Shown here: positions 1 to 12,485 of the stretch, piece after piece
Numbering within the stretch: the first letter of the stretch is position 1
Layout of the letters: each line of letters opens with the position of its first letter
Assembly (NCBI GenBank): GCA_964188305.1
Contig: OZ076900.1
Reading direction: 5' to 3' (one strand)
DNA length: 64,000 nucleotides
From: Podarcis bocagei
Lineage: Eukaryota
Program-made: the position numbers and the translations under genes
The notes under the pieces: generated by a model
The model's input: only the letters and a program-made list of their open reading frames with translations
Told to the model about the DNA's origin: nothing
Databases searched by the model: none

Positions 1-947
1 GGTTACTGTTTTCACACATTTGGGCCAATAATATGAAGCTATGTTTGTGTATGCATACTTAAGGATGCTGTGTGATTTTGCATGGATTACATTTTAAGCA
101 AACTAATCAAAGTTTCCTTTCCTGGGCTATGATGCGGATCAGAAAACAGTTACATTTTATATGGGTTTTTTCCACTTTTTAAAATGAAAATTTTGTGATG
201 AAGTTATTAGCTCAAAAGGTATCCAAGTGCACTAAAAATGTACCCAAATGCATATGTTTTAAAGGGTACAATGTGTGCAATAATATTTATTTTGTCTTTA
301 TTTATGTGGAATGTTCAAAAATAATGCAAATTTTCATTTTAATGTCAATTAGTGTAGAAACAACACATAACAGACTTATTAAATAACAGGTGTGAAACTG
401 ACATGCACCAAAAGTAGATGGAGTTTTCTATCCAAAGCACATATCGACACACCAGCAGCAAATAATGCTTGGGTTGGAGGAACAGGAACATAATATTGTG
501 GGATGGTGATGGTGAAGCACTGTACAGGCCAAATCTGATTGAAAGATAAAGAACTCTAAGGACTCAGATACATTAGTAAAAAAGAAATGTTTTGAATGTG
601 TTATAAACAATGCAACACCAGATGGTGCAGTAAAGCAGAAAATGTTTCAATGCAATTTTACATAGCATTTTTTTCTTTGTTATAATGATTTAATTTCTGA
701 CTTATTTATAGCATTTTTCTCCTGTGTGTAGATGCACCCTAAGAATGGAGACTTGTAGGGGACATAGTCTTCCCTAAACCTAGGTAAAAGACTGAAAAGG
801 CACACAGGTGACCTGCTTACAGTCTTCTGCATGAGCAGAATATGTCTTTGTAAATATACATATTTATATTATTATCATTGGGTGATATTCAACTATGTTT
901 TACTCAGACTATTGAAATTAATGGACTTCAGTCATTTCTAAATTTGC

Positions 948-948
<1 letters not shown>

Positions 949-990
<42 letters not shown>

Positions 991-1008
991 CTATCTATCA
1001 TCTATCTA
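949..1008. repeat. (TATC)n microsatellite
   Basis: Direct inspection. Confidence 0.95.
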
Positions 1009-1539
1009 AAATATTGACTTTCCTCTCCTATTAGGGCCAGATTGAGACCTAGGCTGGATCTACACCGACATGTCTGATGTTATTAGTACAATATTTGATA
1101 TGTCGTTCTAAAACATCACAGGCCATACTTGTTAATTAAAGTGTTTTTTTACCTTTGTCCCGTCCCTCCCCCCCCCCAGTGAAAACATTGTTTCTCTACT
1201 GCTGGTTGCTCTACAGCACCCTGTGATGTCACATTTTAATAACACATTATGAACGTTAAAAGTAGGACATCATTTTCCATTTTAATGCAAATCTGCCAAA
1301 TTCACACTAATTCACAAACTAATATGTGAAGCAAACTGCAGTTTTCCTTTAAAATTTGCACTTCTCTGAATTTTGTGATGCAGTTACACAATCATAAACG
1401 CACACTTGAGAAATGGGGAAAGTGTATTCTAACCAATATATATTTGAATATAATTCACAACCATGCATTGTATTAGGAGAATTTGTTTGCAAAAATGTGT
1501 CTATTAGGCAAAAACTGCATGCCTATGCCTATGTATATA

Positions 1540-1804
1540 CAGTCATACCTCAGGTTACAGATGCTTCTGGTTGCGTTTTTTCAGGTTGCGGACCGGACCG
1601 CCAAAATCTGGAAGTACAGGAACGGGTTACTTTCAGGTTTTGGTGGTCGCGCATGCGCAGAAGCACTAAATCACACTTTGCACATGAGGAGAAGCATCGA
1701 ATCGCAACCTGCATGTGCACAGACGCGCCGTTGCAGGTTGCGGATGCTGCGGGTTGTGAACGTGCATCCCGCACGGATCATGTTCGCAACCCGAGTGTCC
1801 ACTG
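1540..1804. mobile_element. Tc1/mariner-pogo (Tigger-like) MITE
   Basis: TA|CAGTCATACCTCAGGTT...AACCCGAGTGTCCACTG. CpG-rich and related to the 51892-52126 copy in opposite orientation. Inserted in an older AT-rich repeat. Confidence 0.75.
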
Positions 1805-3361
1805 AACAGTTTATAAATCAAATGTGAAACACACCCCCCCATACACACACCTCAAACCCAATCCAACATAATTATATCTTGAATCCAGTTTAGAAATTTG
1901 AATCTTTGGTCCTACCACTAACAAGCCATAACTCTCTCCCCCCCCCCATTGGTACATAACATTTGAACATATGGTATACCCACAAGGCTAGCTCTGCAAA
2001 TTTTTATGCAAATATATCTCAGGGATTTATGCAAGCCACCTCAAAGTTTGCTTTCCTCCAAAAATATAAACTATATATTTTTTTAAAGTAATATCACTTT
2101 AGGAGTTAATAGGAAGGGAATGATTTGGCAAGGGTTGGCCAGTATAGGTGCAGCCCATAGTTATTTCATTTTATTTTTAATGCAAACTGTGGAACTGGGG
2201 TGAACTGGCTTTAATATTTCAAAAAAGAGAAGCCAGATTTATCCATCCCTCCCCAGATGTAAGAAACATGACCCCAGGAAGTCAGATATGAAATCTGAAA
2301 GTGATGAGCAAAGTTCAGAAGAGCCAGAAAATGGTGGCATAATCCCTGTCATGCTGCAGGTCAAGTTCCAAAAGCAGTAGAAATGAGAAGGGTAGAAGTA
2401 ATTGCGTTCATTTGGAGAAAGGTAGTGTATAAATGGAATAAAAAAAAACTGTGCATAAGAGAGAATAGACTGCAATAAACTGAGATCCTACCAACAGATT
2501 TAGAATTTTGCATTCAGGATCTGAAGTAGCAAGCACAGGTTTAATATTGAATTACATTTCACCTGTAGATGATGGTACAGAAAAGAATAGTCCCTTTCCA
2601 TCATGTGATCCTGCTGTTTTGCTCTTGCTGTGCTCAAGACAAGGGGACATTCTGGGGTTGTTGGTTTTTTTGTTTGTTTGTTTTAAATTGTTTGAAAATG
2701 TAACAAAAGTTTTGCTTTGGGACTGAAAGAGAATGCAAAATATGAAGAAGATAAAATGAAATACCTCTGAGCTGATGAAGAATAAATCTCCCTGCATTTC
2801 TGAGGTTACCTTTCTCGTGAATTTGCAATGTGTTTAGCTAGATTTATGATGAATACATGTTGATGCAAAAATAGATTAGATTAGATTAGATTGGAGAGAA
2901 GATGTGACAAACAGTGTAATATATTCTTTTTGGCTCTCCTTTGTGGCTCCCAGCCTATGCCAGGGCAAGCTGTATAAGACACACTATATCACTTCTTTCC
3001 TTTCCAAAAAGTGAGATAAGATAACCACCATTCCTCTCTTGCACAAGAACAATTTTAAAGTAGCCTTTCTTTACATTTGTTAAAAATACCGTACAACGGA
3101 TTCAATACGTGGCTCGTGCTGATGAGATGTAAATTAGATGCAAGAAATTTGCATGTGTTCAGGAAGTTATATTGACTACATTCCAACTTTCTTAGTATTG
3201 CTGCTGAAAAAGAAGCTGGCAAGATACTGACTCCTGAGTTGTTGCAAATATCATAACTAGGGATGGAGGCGAAATTGTTTTTTTGTACACCACTTAGAAA
3301 TATATTTTTAATATTAATATATATTTAATATATTAAGTGGTATAGAAAAGAAATAATCAAA

Positions 3362-4325
3362 TCAATTCACCCTCTGGAGATGACCATCCAAGCAGGACTG
3401 AAACCACAGCAAAGCGGTGCCACCCACCCTTAACTTGTACAACCACCCCAGAGAGATACTATGGTTGATGGTATTGAAAAGCACTGAGAAGTCAAGGAGA
3501 ATTAACAAGGACACATTTACCCTGTCTCTCTCCAGACGGAGGTCATCATGCAAGGCAACCAAAGTAGTTTTGGTGCCAAAACCTGGCCTAAACCCTGATT
3601 GAAATGTATCTAGAAAATTGGTTTTCTTCAAGAATGCATGGATCTGGTCTACAGCCACCTACTCAAGAATCTTGCCCAATAAGGGGAGATTGGCAACTGG
3701 CTGATAATTACTTAGATTTTCTGAATCCAGGGAGGATTTCTTGAGGAGTGGTTTTACCACTGCCTCCTTCAAGCATGGAGGGGCCAGCCACCCTCTCTTG
3801 CAAGGAGGCATTAATCACACACACACACCCAGCTCTATCAGTTGTCCCATCCCTGCTAGTTTTGATCACCCAAGTGGTGCAGGAGTCCAGAGTGCAAGCA
3901 GTTGCCCTGATCAATCCAAACACCTTGTTTGCAACCTCAAGCTTTACTAACTGGAACTCATCCAACATAACAGGACTAAACAGTGCTCTGGACACCTCTT
4001 GAGATTCATCTGCTGTAACAGTCTAGTTAATGTCCTGGTGGATGCAAGTGATTTTATCCTTAAAATGCTTTGCAGACAAGTTACAGTGAGCTACCGTCAT
4101 TTCTGTCATGTCCTTCAGGCCAGTCTTTAAAGGGTCCCACACTACCAGAGAGAGCTATGCTGGATGGATGGCACAATGAGAGTGCAATGGAAGCAGCAAA
4201 GTATGCCTTCTTTACTGCCTTCACTGCCACTAGGTAGACTTGATGATGATCCTCCCAAGTGTTTGATTTCATTCAAATGGAGTTTTCTCCCACTTGTGTT
4301 TCTGCCATCTCCCAGGTTGTTTCCT
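3362..4325 (-). mobile_element. L2-clade LINE ORF2 fragment (RT N-terminal part)
   Basis: FLDTFQSGFRPGFGTKTTLVALHDDL..LILLDFSVLFNTINH..GTALLWFQSCL; TACTLDSCTTWVIK..INASLQE; VKAVKKAYFAASI. Confidence 0.88.
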
Positions 4326-4969
4326 GGGCAAAGCTAGCAGAAGGGAGGGGTTAGCTGTAAGTGATGAGAGGACTGAAATCTCTCCTCTCATCCCCTCTCT
4401 CTCTTTCTCTCTCGTTTGCCTCCTTGCCACAAACAGCAGTCACTTTGTTCCTTGGACCCACTGAACGCCAATGAATATTAAGATTTATTACAAAATCAGA
4501 AATTGCTGTGTAAATGTGGAGAACTGAAGTTAATATTGGGGAAATGAGAAACTGGGAGAAATTTTTAAAAAAACCACCAAATTCATCCATCCCTAATATT
4601 AATGTGTGAATCCCACCCCCATCTTTTTTCTGCTAAAAGCTGCATATATACACCTTGAGATCTCATACTCCTCTGAGATGTTGCTGTGTAAGAATTGTAT
4701 AATCTCATTGTATCATTTTCCTCTGGGGTTAACACTTCTCAGGTAGGGAGAAATTGTTCTTGTCTGCTTTTGCCATTATAGAAAGCCGTGCTTAGCTGCC
4801 CTGAGGCTTTACAGAAATGTATTGGAATAAAATTGCATTTGTGTTTTGTATCAGTTTAGAATGTCTTTTGGTTGCAGTGAAACCATCATAAGAGTTACGC
4901 AGGACAATTGAGACTGAGAATCTGTTTTTTCACATTATTAGATGTATATGACCTTTATTTATCATTCCC

Positions 4970-5030
4970 CTTCTTCTTCTTCTTCTTCTTCTTCTTCTTC
5001 TTCTTCTTCTTCTTCTTCTTCTTCTTCTTC
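4970..5030. repeat. (TTC)20 microsatellite
   Basis: Direct inspection. Confidence 0.97.
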
Positions 5031-8000
5031 GACATAGCTAAAATTTACCAAAAACCAAGGAGGAGGACCTGTAGCCCTCCATATATTATTAGACCCCAAT
5101 TCTTATCAAACCCAGCCAGCATGGCAAATAGTCAAGGATGATGGGAGGTGTAGTCCAACAACATGGCCAACTTTCCTTATTCCTGCCACATACCATGGTC
5201 ATCAGGTCTCATTTGACAGGAAAAGGCTTCACCATTTTGGTTAAAGTTACCTCAGTCCCTGCTGCAACTTTGATAACTATGTTGAGGCAGAAAGGCAGAA
5301 TATATAAAAATAGTTTATCAGTCTAGGGTAACTGGTGGATTCAGAACCCCGGGATTATGTACTGGAGCAACAGGGAAGAACCCAACTATTCACTGCATTG
5401 TTGCCAAAATATCCCCCTCCCCAGCAAATCAGCTTAGGGAGTTGTGTTTTCCTTCCATAACTCAACAAGTGAATCATGATGTGAGAGGTGCTTTTTTCAG
5501 AGGGGTGGTGGGATACAATGGTCCCGGAGGTTACTAGAAGCACCATGACAAATTGGCCACAGTGGAAAAAAGAAGGAAAGAAAAGTCTCTGCTAAGCTGT
5601 TTCTTAATAAATGCAAGTCTCCACCCTCTGGGTGTTTAGAGAATATAGGCACCCATCCCTAAAAAGTGCAGGAGTGGCCTGGGCTGCATTAGTAAGCACT
5701 AAATCCAAGGAACCAGTTGCAGATGAATTAAAATGAGGCATAGCTGGGAGTTATCAGCAAATACTTCCAAACCATATGGCTCAGCATCTTCCTATACATG
5801 GTCTTAGGGTTGGAGCTCTGAAACACTTGGTAGAAAGTTACATGGAGAAAGCCCATCACTACCCTCTGTAGTTTCCCAAAAAACCAATGCCTGTATCCAT
5901 TTGAGAACAGACTTTATACCAGTATGTATCTGTGCTGAAACTATTTTTAGCCATTTTATATGTAGGACTGTTTTTTTAAAAAAATGTTTTAAATCACTTT
6001 ATATTTTAAAAATTGCTTCCACGCCTTTCTTATTTTATGGTTATAACAGTCTTATTCATTTTATCCTCCTAGGTTTAATGGTTGTAGCTTCTGTCCTGGG
6101 ACCTTATGGTAAAGGGCAAGTCAGAAATCCAATAAAATAAAAATAAACACGATTGCATCAGAAACCCTTTACCGAAAGTCGTTTTTAAAAATCTAGTAAT
6201 TTTGTCAAAGGTGGACAGAAGGGAGGATAGTCCCTCCTATGGAGGTGTCAGTTAGATAGTTAGATATTAAATGGAAAGGGGGCAGGGAGTGAGACAGCTC
6301 CAGTGATTCCCTTTCTCCACTGTCAAGTGCCAATATGCTTCTGAATATCAATTACTGAGAATCACAAGTGGAGAGATTACCATTGTGCTCAGTCCTACTT
6401 GTGGGTTTTCCACAAGCAGATGGTTAACCACTGTAGCAACAGGATGCTGGACTAGGTGACATTTGGCCTGATGCAACAGTGCTCTTTTTATGTCAAATGA
6501 CCACATATTCTCTAATTAGGCATGTATGTGTGGGTTTCTTCTAAATATCAGAGCAAATTAGCCTGGCATCTTGCTGAAGAAGAGAGCTTAATATGACTTG
6601 TGATGTCTTTTGTTGCATTTCTGAATAGAGTACTCAAAATATTCAATTGGAGTACAATTTGCAGTATTTGAGATGTCTTGAATAATTCACACACATTCAT
6701 TTATTCTTGATTAGTGGATCAGGCTTGGCAAAAAAGGTAGTATTTATATTATTTTATGACATGTAGTATTAATAATGCATTCCTTTGCTCTCAAGCTGCT
6801 TTTTATTTTATTGTATATATTTTAAAAGAAAGAACAAAAATATGCAAAGAGATGAGACTCCTGAATAGAGATTAAGGAAACATGGAGATACTTTAAGTTG
6901 TCAATTGAAAATGTGGTTCATTGTATTAGTTATCCCTTATGGGAGCAGAGGAAAATGCATGGGCTGGTAACATGGCAGAAACGGGGAGGAAGTACGGGTG
7001 CAGAGGGGGGAAAGTATAAATAAATAACCTAGTTTGCAACAATGAAAGCAACAGATTTTACTGGTTGAACATGAATCCCCACAGTTTTGTTGCAAACACC
7101 AATTCGCAGGAGGGGGGGGGAGGGATGCAGCATAATGCAGGGAAGAATTGTCAGTTGAGACAATCTGCTTTGCGCGCAGAAGGTTCTAGGTTCAATCCTC
7201 GACTTCTCCAGGTAGGGCTGAAAAAGACTCCTGCTGGAAACCCTATTATGTTTTGCTTCTGGTTGAACAAATTTATTTGGAATGGTCCAGATTACACCCC
7301 TTGTGTTGCAAGATTTCATGAGGTGCCTAGCAGTGCAGGACTAGCTATATGGACTTGTTGGAATAGCATGTGTGGCAACCATGGCCTTAACCACACACTG
7401 TTCACACACTTGACTGGTGCATATTAATGTATACAAGTAGAACCCATCTAAACACAGGGAAATCATTGACATGCTATCCAGAAGCACATAGTGATATGTA
7501 TGTGGCCACCATGTGTGTTGACTTGTGAGGAGTGGGGGAGAAAGTAAGGCTAGCCTACATGGTCTCACAAACCCTGTCATATATGCTTTCTACAACTTGA
7601 GGTGGGGAGTGTCATCTGAATGCTCCTTACGTCTTGTCATTTGCAGAGCATTCGAAGATCACTCCTTGATAGTACATGGGCCATCGGGCCATCAATCTTA
7701 GTATTATATGTCTAGATCTCATTCTGCCTTTGTTTGCTTTTGCCTTTTTTTTTTTTAAAAAACCCCACTTTCATCAACCTTGTGTGATTTTCTCCTAATA
7801 AACACATTTTTGTATGCAGTTTTGACTAATGCACATGTTGTATTCACATTCAGAAGAAAGATTAAACACATGTTATGTGGCAAAAAAAGAGAAAAGATTA
7901 GATTTGTCTTTTAAATAAATAACAAATGAGAGGATCTATCAATTAGCTGAATAACTAAGCATGGGCAGACTGAGTTCAGTGGTTACATAAGAGAGAAGTC

Positions 8001-10112
8001 TCTCTTACCACCACTGGGCATGTAAGGAAGAAAGCTATTTGCTCTCCAGCCAAGATTTTTTTTGCTATATGAGCCTTGGATAAGCAAAGTACAACCTGTG
8101 CACCCTGGCTCCGCTGCTCAGTATTCACCAGGATGCACAGACTAGGCCCAAAGGGAACGCCCAAGTACCCTAAAGCCTCTATTGCTCTCCCCCATAATGC
8201 CTCAGCATGGCATTACATGGCCTGCACTGAATGCCAAACAGCTGAACAATGACAAATGAGGAAAGGCTGCTCTACAGTGTGAAGTGCAAGAAAATGGGAA
8301 GTCCCAACAGCCAGTCTGAGATTCACCCAAAATTCCTACTTGGTCCCACACTAAACAACTAGCCAAAGCCCATACTATAGAAGGAGGGAGGATACTGCAA
8401 AGAGCAGGGAGAAGCAGCAGAGTAGCCTTAAAGGGGCTGGTCAACCCTTGTCCACACTGACTGGCAATGGCTCTGCAGGATGAAGAGAAGCCACCACCAA
8501 CAGGTGCAGAAGCAAAAGTCTGAATTCAGACAATATGATTCAACTTCAAATGCACACAGGGTATATTCCTGAGATCAAATTAATGCTGAAAAAAATGGAT
8601 TCTTGGCAAGATTAGAGAGTTAGAAACCCGCCCCCCATTCTCTCAACACATAGAAATCCTCTTTGTGGAATGCTGAAGAAAAAAGCCATTTTACCATAAT
8701 TCCAGATAAATCAAATGCATGCAGCAGAGTGGTATATCATCATCATAAAACATGATCCATCTGATCAAATAAAGATGTTCTTTAGCCTTGCTTAAAATAT
8801 GTATGAATCAGACTGTGTAACAGCATATGAGCCTCTAATACAACCCACTGGATTATATCACTGAATTAAAAGACTTCCTTGAAATCCCAGGGACTTATTT
8901 TCTCTGCCAATTCTTTAAGTGTATTTTTCATGAAGCAGTAAGCTTGGTGTTTCTAATCTTATGAAATGCCAACTACAGTACTGTCTAGTGTACACTACTA
9001 GGCTGCCAAAAAATCCACCCAATATCTTATATTTATAGACCCACATCTCAGCATGGAGGGCAAATGTTAACTATGGGGCCACTTAAGTAATTGTAATCTC
9101 AAGTTTGAAACTCAAACAACTTCTATCAACTTTTCTTGCTAGTCCTAGGCACTGGTTCCTAGAACTAGAGTAAGACTTCTTCAGGGGACTTCCGGGGAGG
9201 TGCCTCCGGTAATGGCTGAATTCCTCTGATCGGGAGGAATTTGCCCCGTGGGAATTTGGGTCTGTACCGCCACGGCAAGGCGGAGACCCGTAAAAATCAC
9301 AGGCGGGAGAAGCCTGTGAACGTGGATTTGGTGGGCACCTTTTGCGCCTCCCCTACTCGCGGGGAAACCCGGTTTCGGGGATCCGGAGCAACGTGGGGTG
9401 AGCGGCACGGTGCTTCGAATCGTCTTCTTCTTCCACGGAGTGAAGCCGCATAGCTGTTGCCGGAGAGCACTGACCTTTTCCTGTGGACAATTTGATTCTA
9501 AAGTAACTACCCGTGAGTAGCGCTTAATCGGGAAAATTTGATTTTTTAAAAAAACGTCTAATTTGGCATCGAAACGGGGAAGGTTCAAAACAGGAAGTCC
9601 GCCTTCCCCTTTTGTAAATAGACTGAAGCAATTGAGGCTGCAAGCTGAAGTCTTGGAAAGCCTTTTGTAAAGACTAAATTTCCATAAGTAAAGAATATAA
9701 CCCCCCCCCCTTGGAGGCAGGAGAAGGGGGGGGGAGTTGTGGACTGAGTTTGCCTGCGGAAGAGACCAAGAGAGGCAAAATACCGCCGCTCGGACCCTGG
9801 GAACGGGCTGCTAGTAGGTCCGACGTTTGGTGGGATGTTTATTGACAGCATTTGGATCGTTCATTGACAGCTAGCATAAGAGAAGATACATTGTTTCCTC
9901 TGCCTCCAGCAGTGAAAGTAACTTTGAAATTAGTCTTGGGTCGTTTCAATTGTGCCTATAAGAGGATATTATGTATCAATACAAACAGAAACTGTTTCCC
10001 TCTAGTGGAAGTTCTTGAAACTGGCGGCCACATAAGATCTGGGCTGGGAAATTTCCAGCGGTAAGATAACACCCGTGAGACTGTGAGATTGACCTTGAAT
10101 CTATTGAGCGTT

Positions 10113-10811
10113 ATGGCAGATGGGAAAGACGGAATGTCGCCAGAAGAGGTCTTAGTGGTTGTATTAGGGAAAATAAATGACTCGCTGGAACAACTTCACA
10201 AGAAAATGGACGTGATAAATATGAAAGTGGATGCAGTAAATATTAAAACTGACTTGGTGGTAGAAAGTAGTAGATAGGTAGCCGTGTTGGTCTGCCATAG
10301 TCAAAATAAAAAAATTCCTTCCAGTAGCACCTTAAAGACCAACTAAGTTAGTTCTTGGTATGAGCTTTCGTGTGCATGCACACGAAAGCTCATACCAAGA
10401 ACTAACTTAGTTGGTCTTTAAGGTGCTACTGGAAGGAATTTTTTTATTTTGGTGGTAGAAAGTTTAAATAACCTGGGACAAAAGGTGAATACCAATATAG
10501 AAACCACCCAGAAATTGACACAGGAGTCTATCCTGATGCGGCAAACTGCGGATGAAGTTAAGGAGAAAACCTTTGCTGCTGAAGTTGGAGTGATTCAACA
10601 GAAGAGAGTCCCATCCATTCAAGGACAACTTTATGAATTCAAGCTGACACTGGTTATGACTGAACTTGAAGAGAAACAGATGAAATTGAGGATCAGAGCC
10701 CTACCTGAGGAAAATGTGAATTTATTCAAGGGCAATTGTGAAGGACGTTGGCTTGAAGAGAAGGGGGATTTGGAAACAGGGTTAAATTGGAAGTGGTTAT
10801 TGTTGGGCTGA
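10113..10811 (+). pseudogene. L1 ORF1 N-terminal coiled coil fused in frame to an ORF2 fragment, disrupted by a 195-bp insertion
   Basis: ORFs 10083..10277 and 10449..10811 are in the same frame. Removing the insertion plus one TSD copy gives a continuous 167-aa ORF from ATG 10113 (MADGKDGMSPEE...DLVVES/LNNLGQK...KLRIRALPEE/NVNLFKGN...LLLG*). Confidence 0.75.
10269..10451. mobile_element. Penelope-like element fragment forming a perfect 150-bp palindrome (10302-10451)
   Basis: Begins ggtagccgtgttggtctg, as does the copy at ~36455. Two 75-bp arms are perfectly complementary about 10376/10377. Flanked by the duplication ttggtggtagaaagt (10254-10268 / 10449-10463). Confidence 0.8.
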
Positions 10812-12297
10812 GTTGTTGTGGTGGGGATGAGGGTTGCGGTGATGTTGGGGATGCTGCTTTTGTTTCAAACATTGCAGGCTTTGGATGGGAGGGATTGTTC
10901 CAGGAGGTGGCAGAGGGACGTCTCTAGATTTGTTTGGCAGGGCAGGAAGCCCCGAGTAAAACTTAAGATATTAACGGATGCTAAAGAAGGAGGTGGACTT
11001 GCCCTGCCAGACCCCTAAGTTTTGTTGTGAATCATCTGCTTTTTGCTGGCTGAGAGAATCGGCAGAATCCGAGACCAGGGAGAAGAGCTGGTGGAAGTTG
11101 ACTGGAAGTTTAAAGACTATTTATAGAAATATTGCAAAATTAATGAATGTTAGAACACAGTTGGAATGAAGTTATATGGCTTTAGCAGAAATGTTATAAG
11201 GAATTAAGTATAAATAGATCAATAGAGTATTAAAGGGAACAAAATAAGGTCAGAATGTGTTAAGATAATTATAGGATAGAAAACAGGGGAAGATGGAAAG
11301 GAATTGCTGAAATAATTAATTGATGTGGAATACAAAAAGGGAGGTGTGAGGAAGTCGTGGAAACAAGCGAACAAAAGGTATGACATTGAAATTGTTTAAT
11401 ATGTTTTAAATGGTTTTTGTTTTGTTTTGTTTTGTTTTGCTTTGTTTGTTTGTTTTTTGTATTGTATTGTATGTCTTTTTTCTTTATGGTTTTTTGTAGT
11501 GTTGTGTTGAATTTGTTGGGAAACTAATATTTATTTATTTTTTTAAAAAAGTAAGTCTTCTTCAGCCTGGTGCTCGCCACATTAGCTGGTACTGATACGA
11601 GTTATATTAGAGAACAACTGAAGGTCCCTAGGTTGTGAGAAACAGCTTGTGATTGGATAGCCATCAAATGTAAGACCTTGGCCTTAATACAAAGTCCTCT
11701 AAATATTAGCCCAATCCCAGTTAGCATGCATAAGTACAAAGCACCCACACAGAGCAAATTAGCAATTGCAATGATGACTGAGAAATGTCACTGATATACC
11801 CTACTGGTGGGGTGGACAGTTCTAGGGAGGAGATCATAGTTCAATGGTAGTGAACATGTTTTGTATGCAGAAGGACTCAGATTAAATCGCTTGCTGCCCT
11901 GCATCTCCAGTCAAAAATGATTAGCTAGTAAGTGATGTCCAAGACCTCTTCCTGAGTCCCTAGAGGGCTTGTCATAGTGAGCAATACTGACTTAGCTGGA
12001 CTTGGTGTAAAATAATATCATATATCCCATCCAATGTTCCAGTTAAATTTATTCTTTTAAATGTCACAGACATTTGTGAAATTATAATTTAGCACATCAA
12101 GATACTCCATGCAGCCCTCCTTCCTTTATTTCTAGTGTGATGTTGTTGCTTATTTCCCAAGATTTGATCCCCCACCCTGAAGGCAATGTTTGGAAGAAGG
12201 CCTCGTGTTAGGTGGGGATATAACCTACATTTACTTTATGAGTCATCCCATTCCTCACATCATGTTTATGGAGTATATGTGCACTGAGCCTGAGAAA

Positions 12298-12485
12298 GTG
12301 CTGTAGCTCTGTGACAGAGCACATGCTTTGCATTCAGAAGGTCCCAGGTTCAATCCCCAGTATCTCCAAGTAGGGTTGAGAATGTCCCCTGTCTGAGCCA
12401 CTAGAGAGCTGCTGCCCATCAGTGCAGACAACATTATGCTTCAGGGAGCAGAGGTCTGACTCTGTATAAGGCAGCTATGTGTTAT
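12298..12485 (+). mobile_element. tRNA-derived squamate SINE
   Basis: A-box-like gctgtagctc..agagc and B-box ggttcaatccc; body ccagtc..gtagacaa..ggtctgactc..tataaggcagc. Further copies at ~7140-7330(+), ~11826-12025(+), ~19270-19430(-), ~27104-27265(-), ~31418-31607(+), ~42770-42930(-), ~61121-61312(-). Confidence 0.75.

Larger units (their letters stand above)
9185..11549 (+). mobile_element. Non-autonomous, internally deleted L1-clade LINE with intact termini
   Basis: 16-bp TSD agtaagacttcttcag (9169-9184) / agtaagtcttcttcag (11550-11565), 15/16 identical. CpG-rich 5'UTR starting GGGACTTCCGG. ORF1-like coiled coil ending in LRIRALPEE. ORF2 remnants FVWQGRKPRVKLKILTDAKEGGGLALPD and GRIRDQ..DWKFKDYL. 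T/G-rich 3'UTR and short A tail. Confidence 0.88.

Noticed and set aside
9185-9620. Host-gene CpG-island promoter
   Set aside because: Lies inside the TSD-bounded L1 derivative and is its 5'UTR.
10302-10451. miRNA precursor or CRISPR-like repeat
   Set aside because: A perfect loop-less palindrome made of Penelope-like sequence with a TSD; there is no repeat-spacer array anywhere in the window.
12298-12370. tRNA gene
   Set aside because: Degenerate tRNA-like head continuing into a SINE body present in many copies; no intact cloverleaf.
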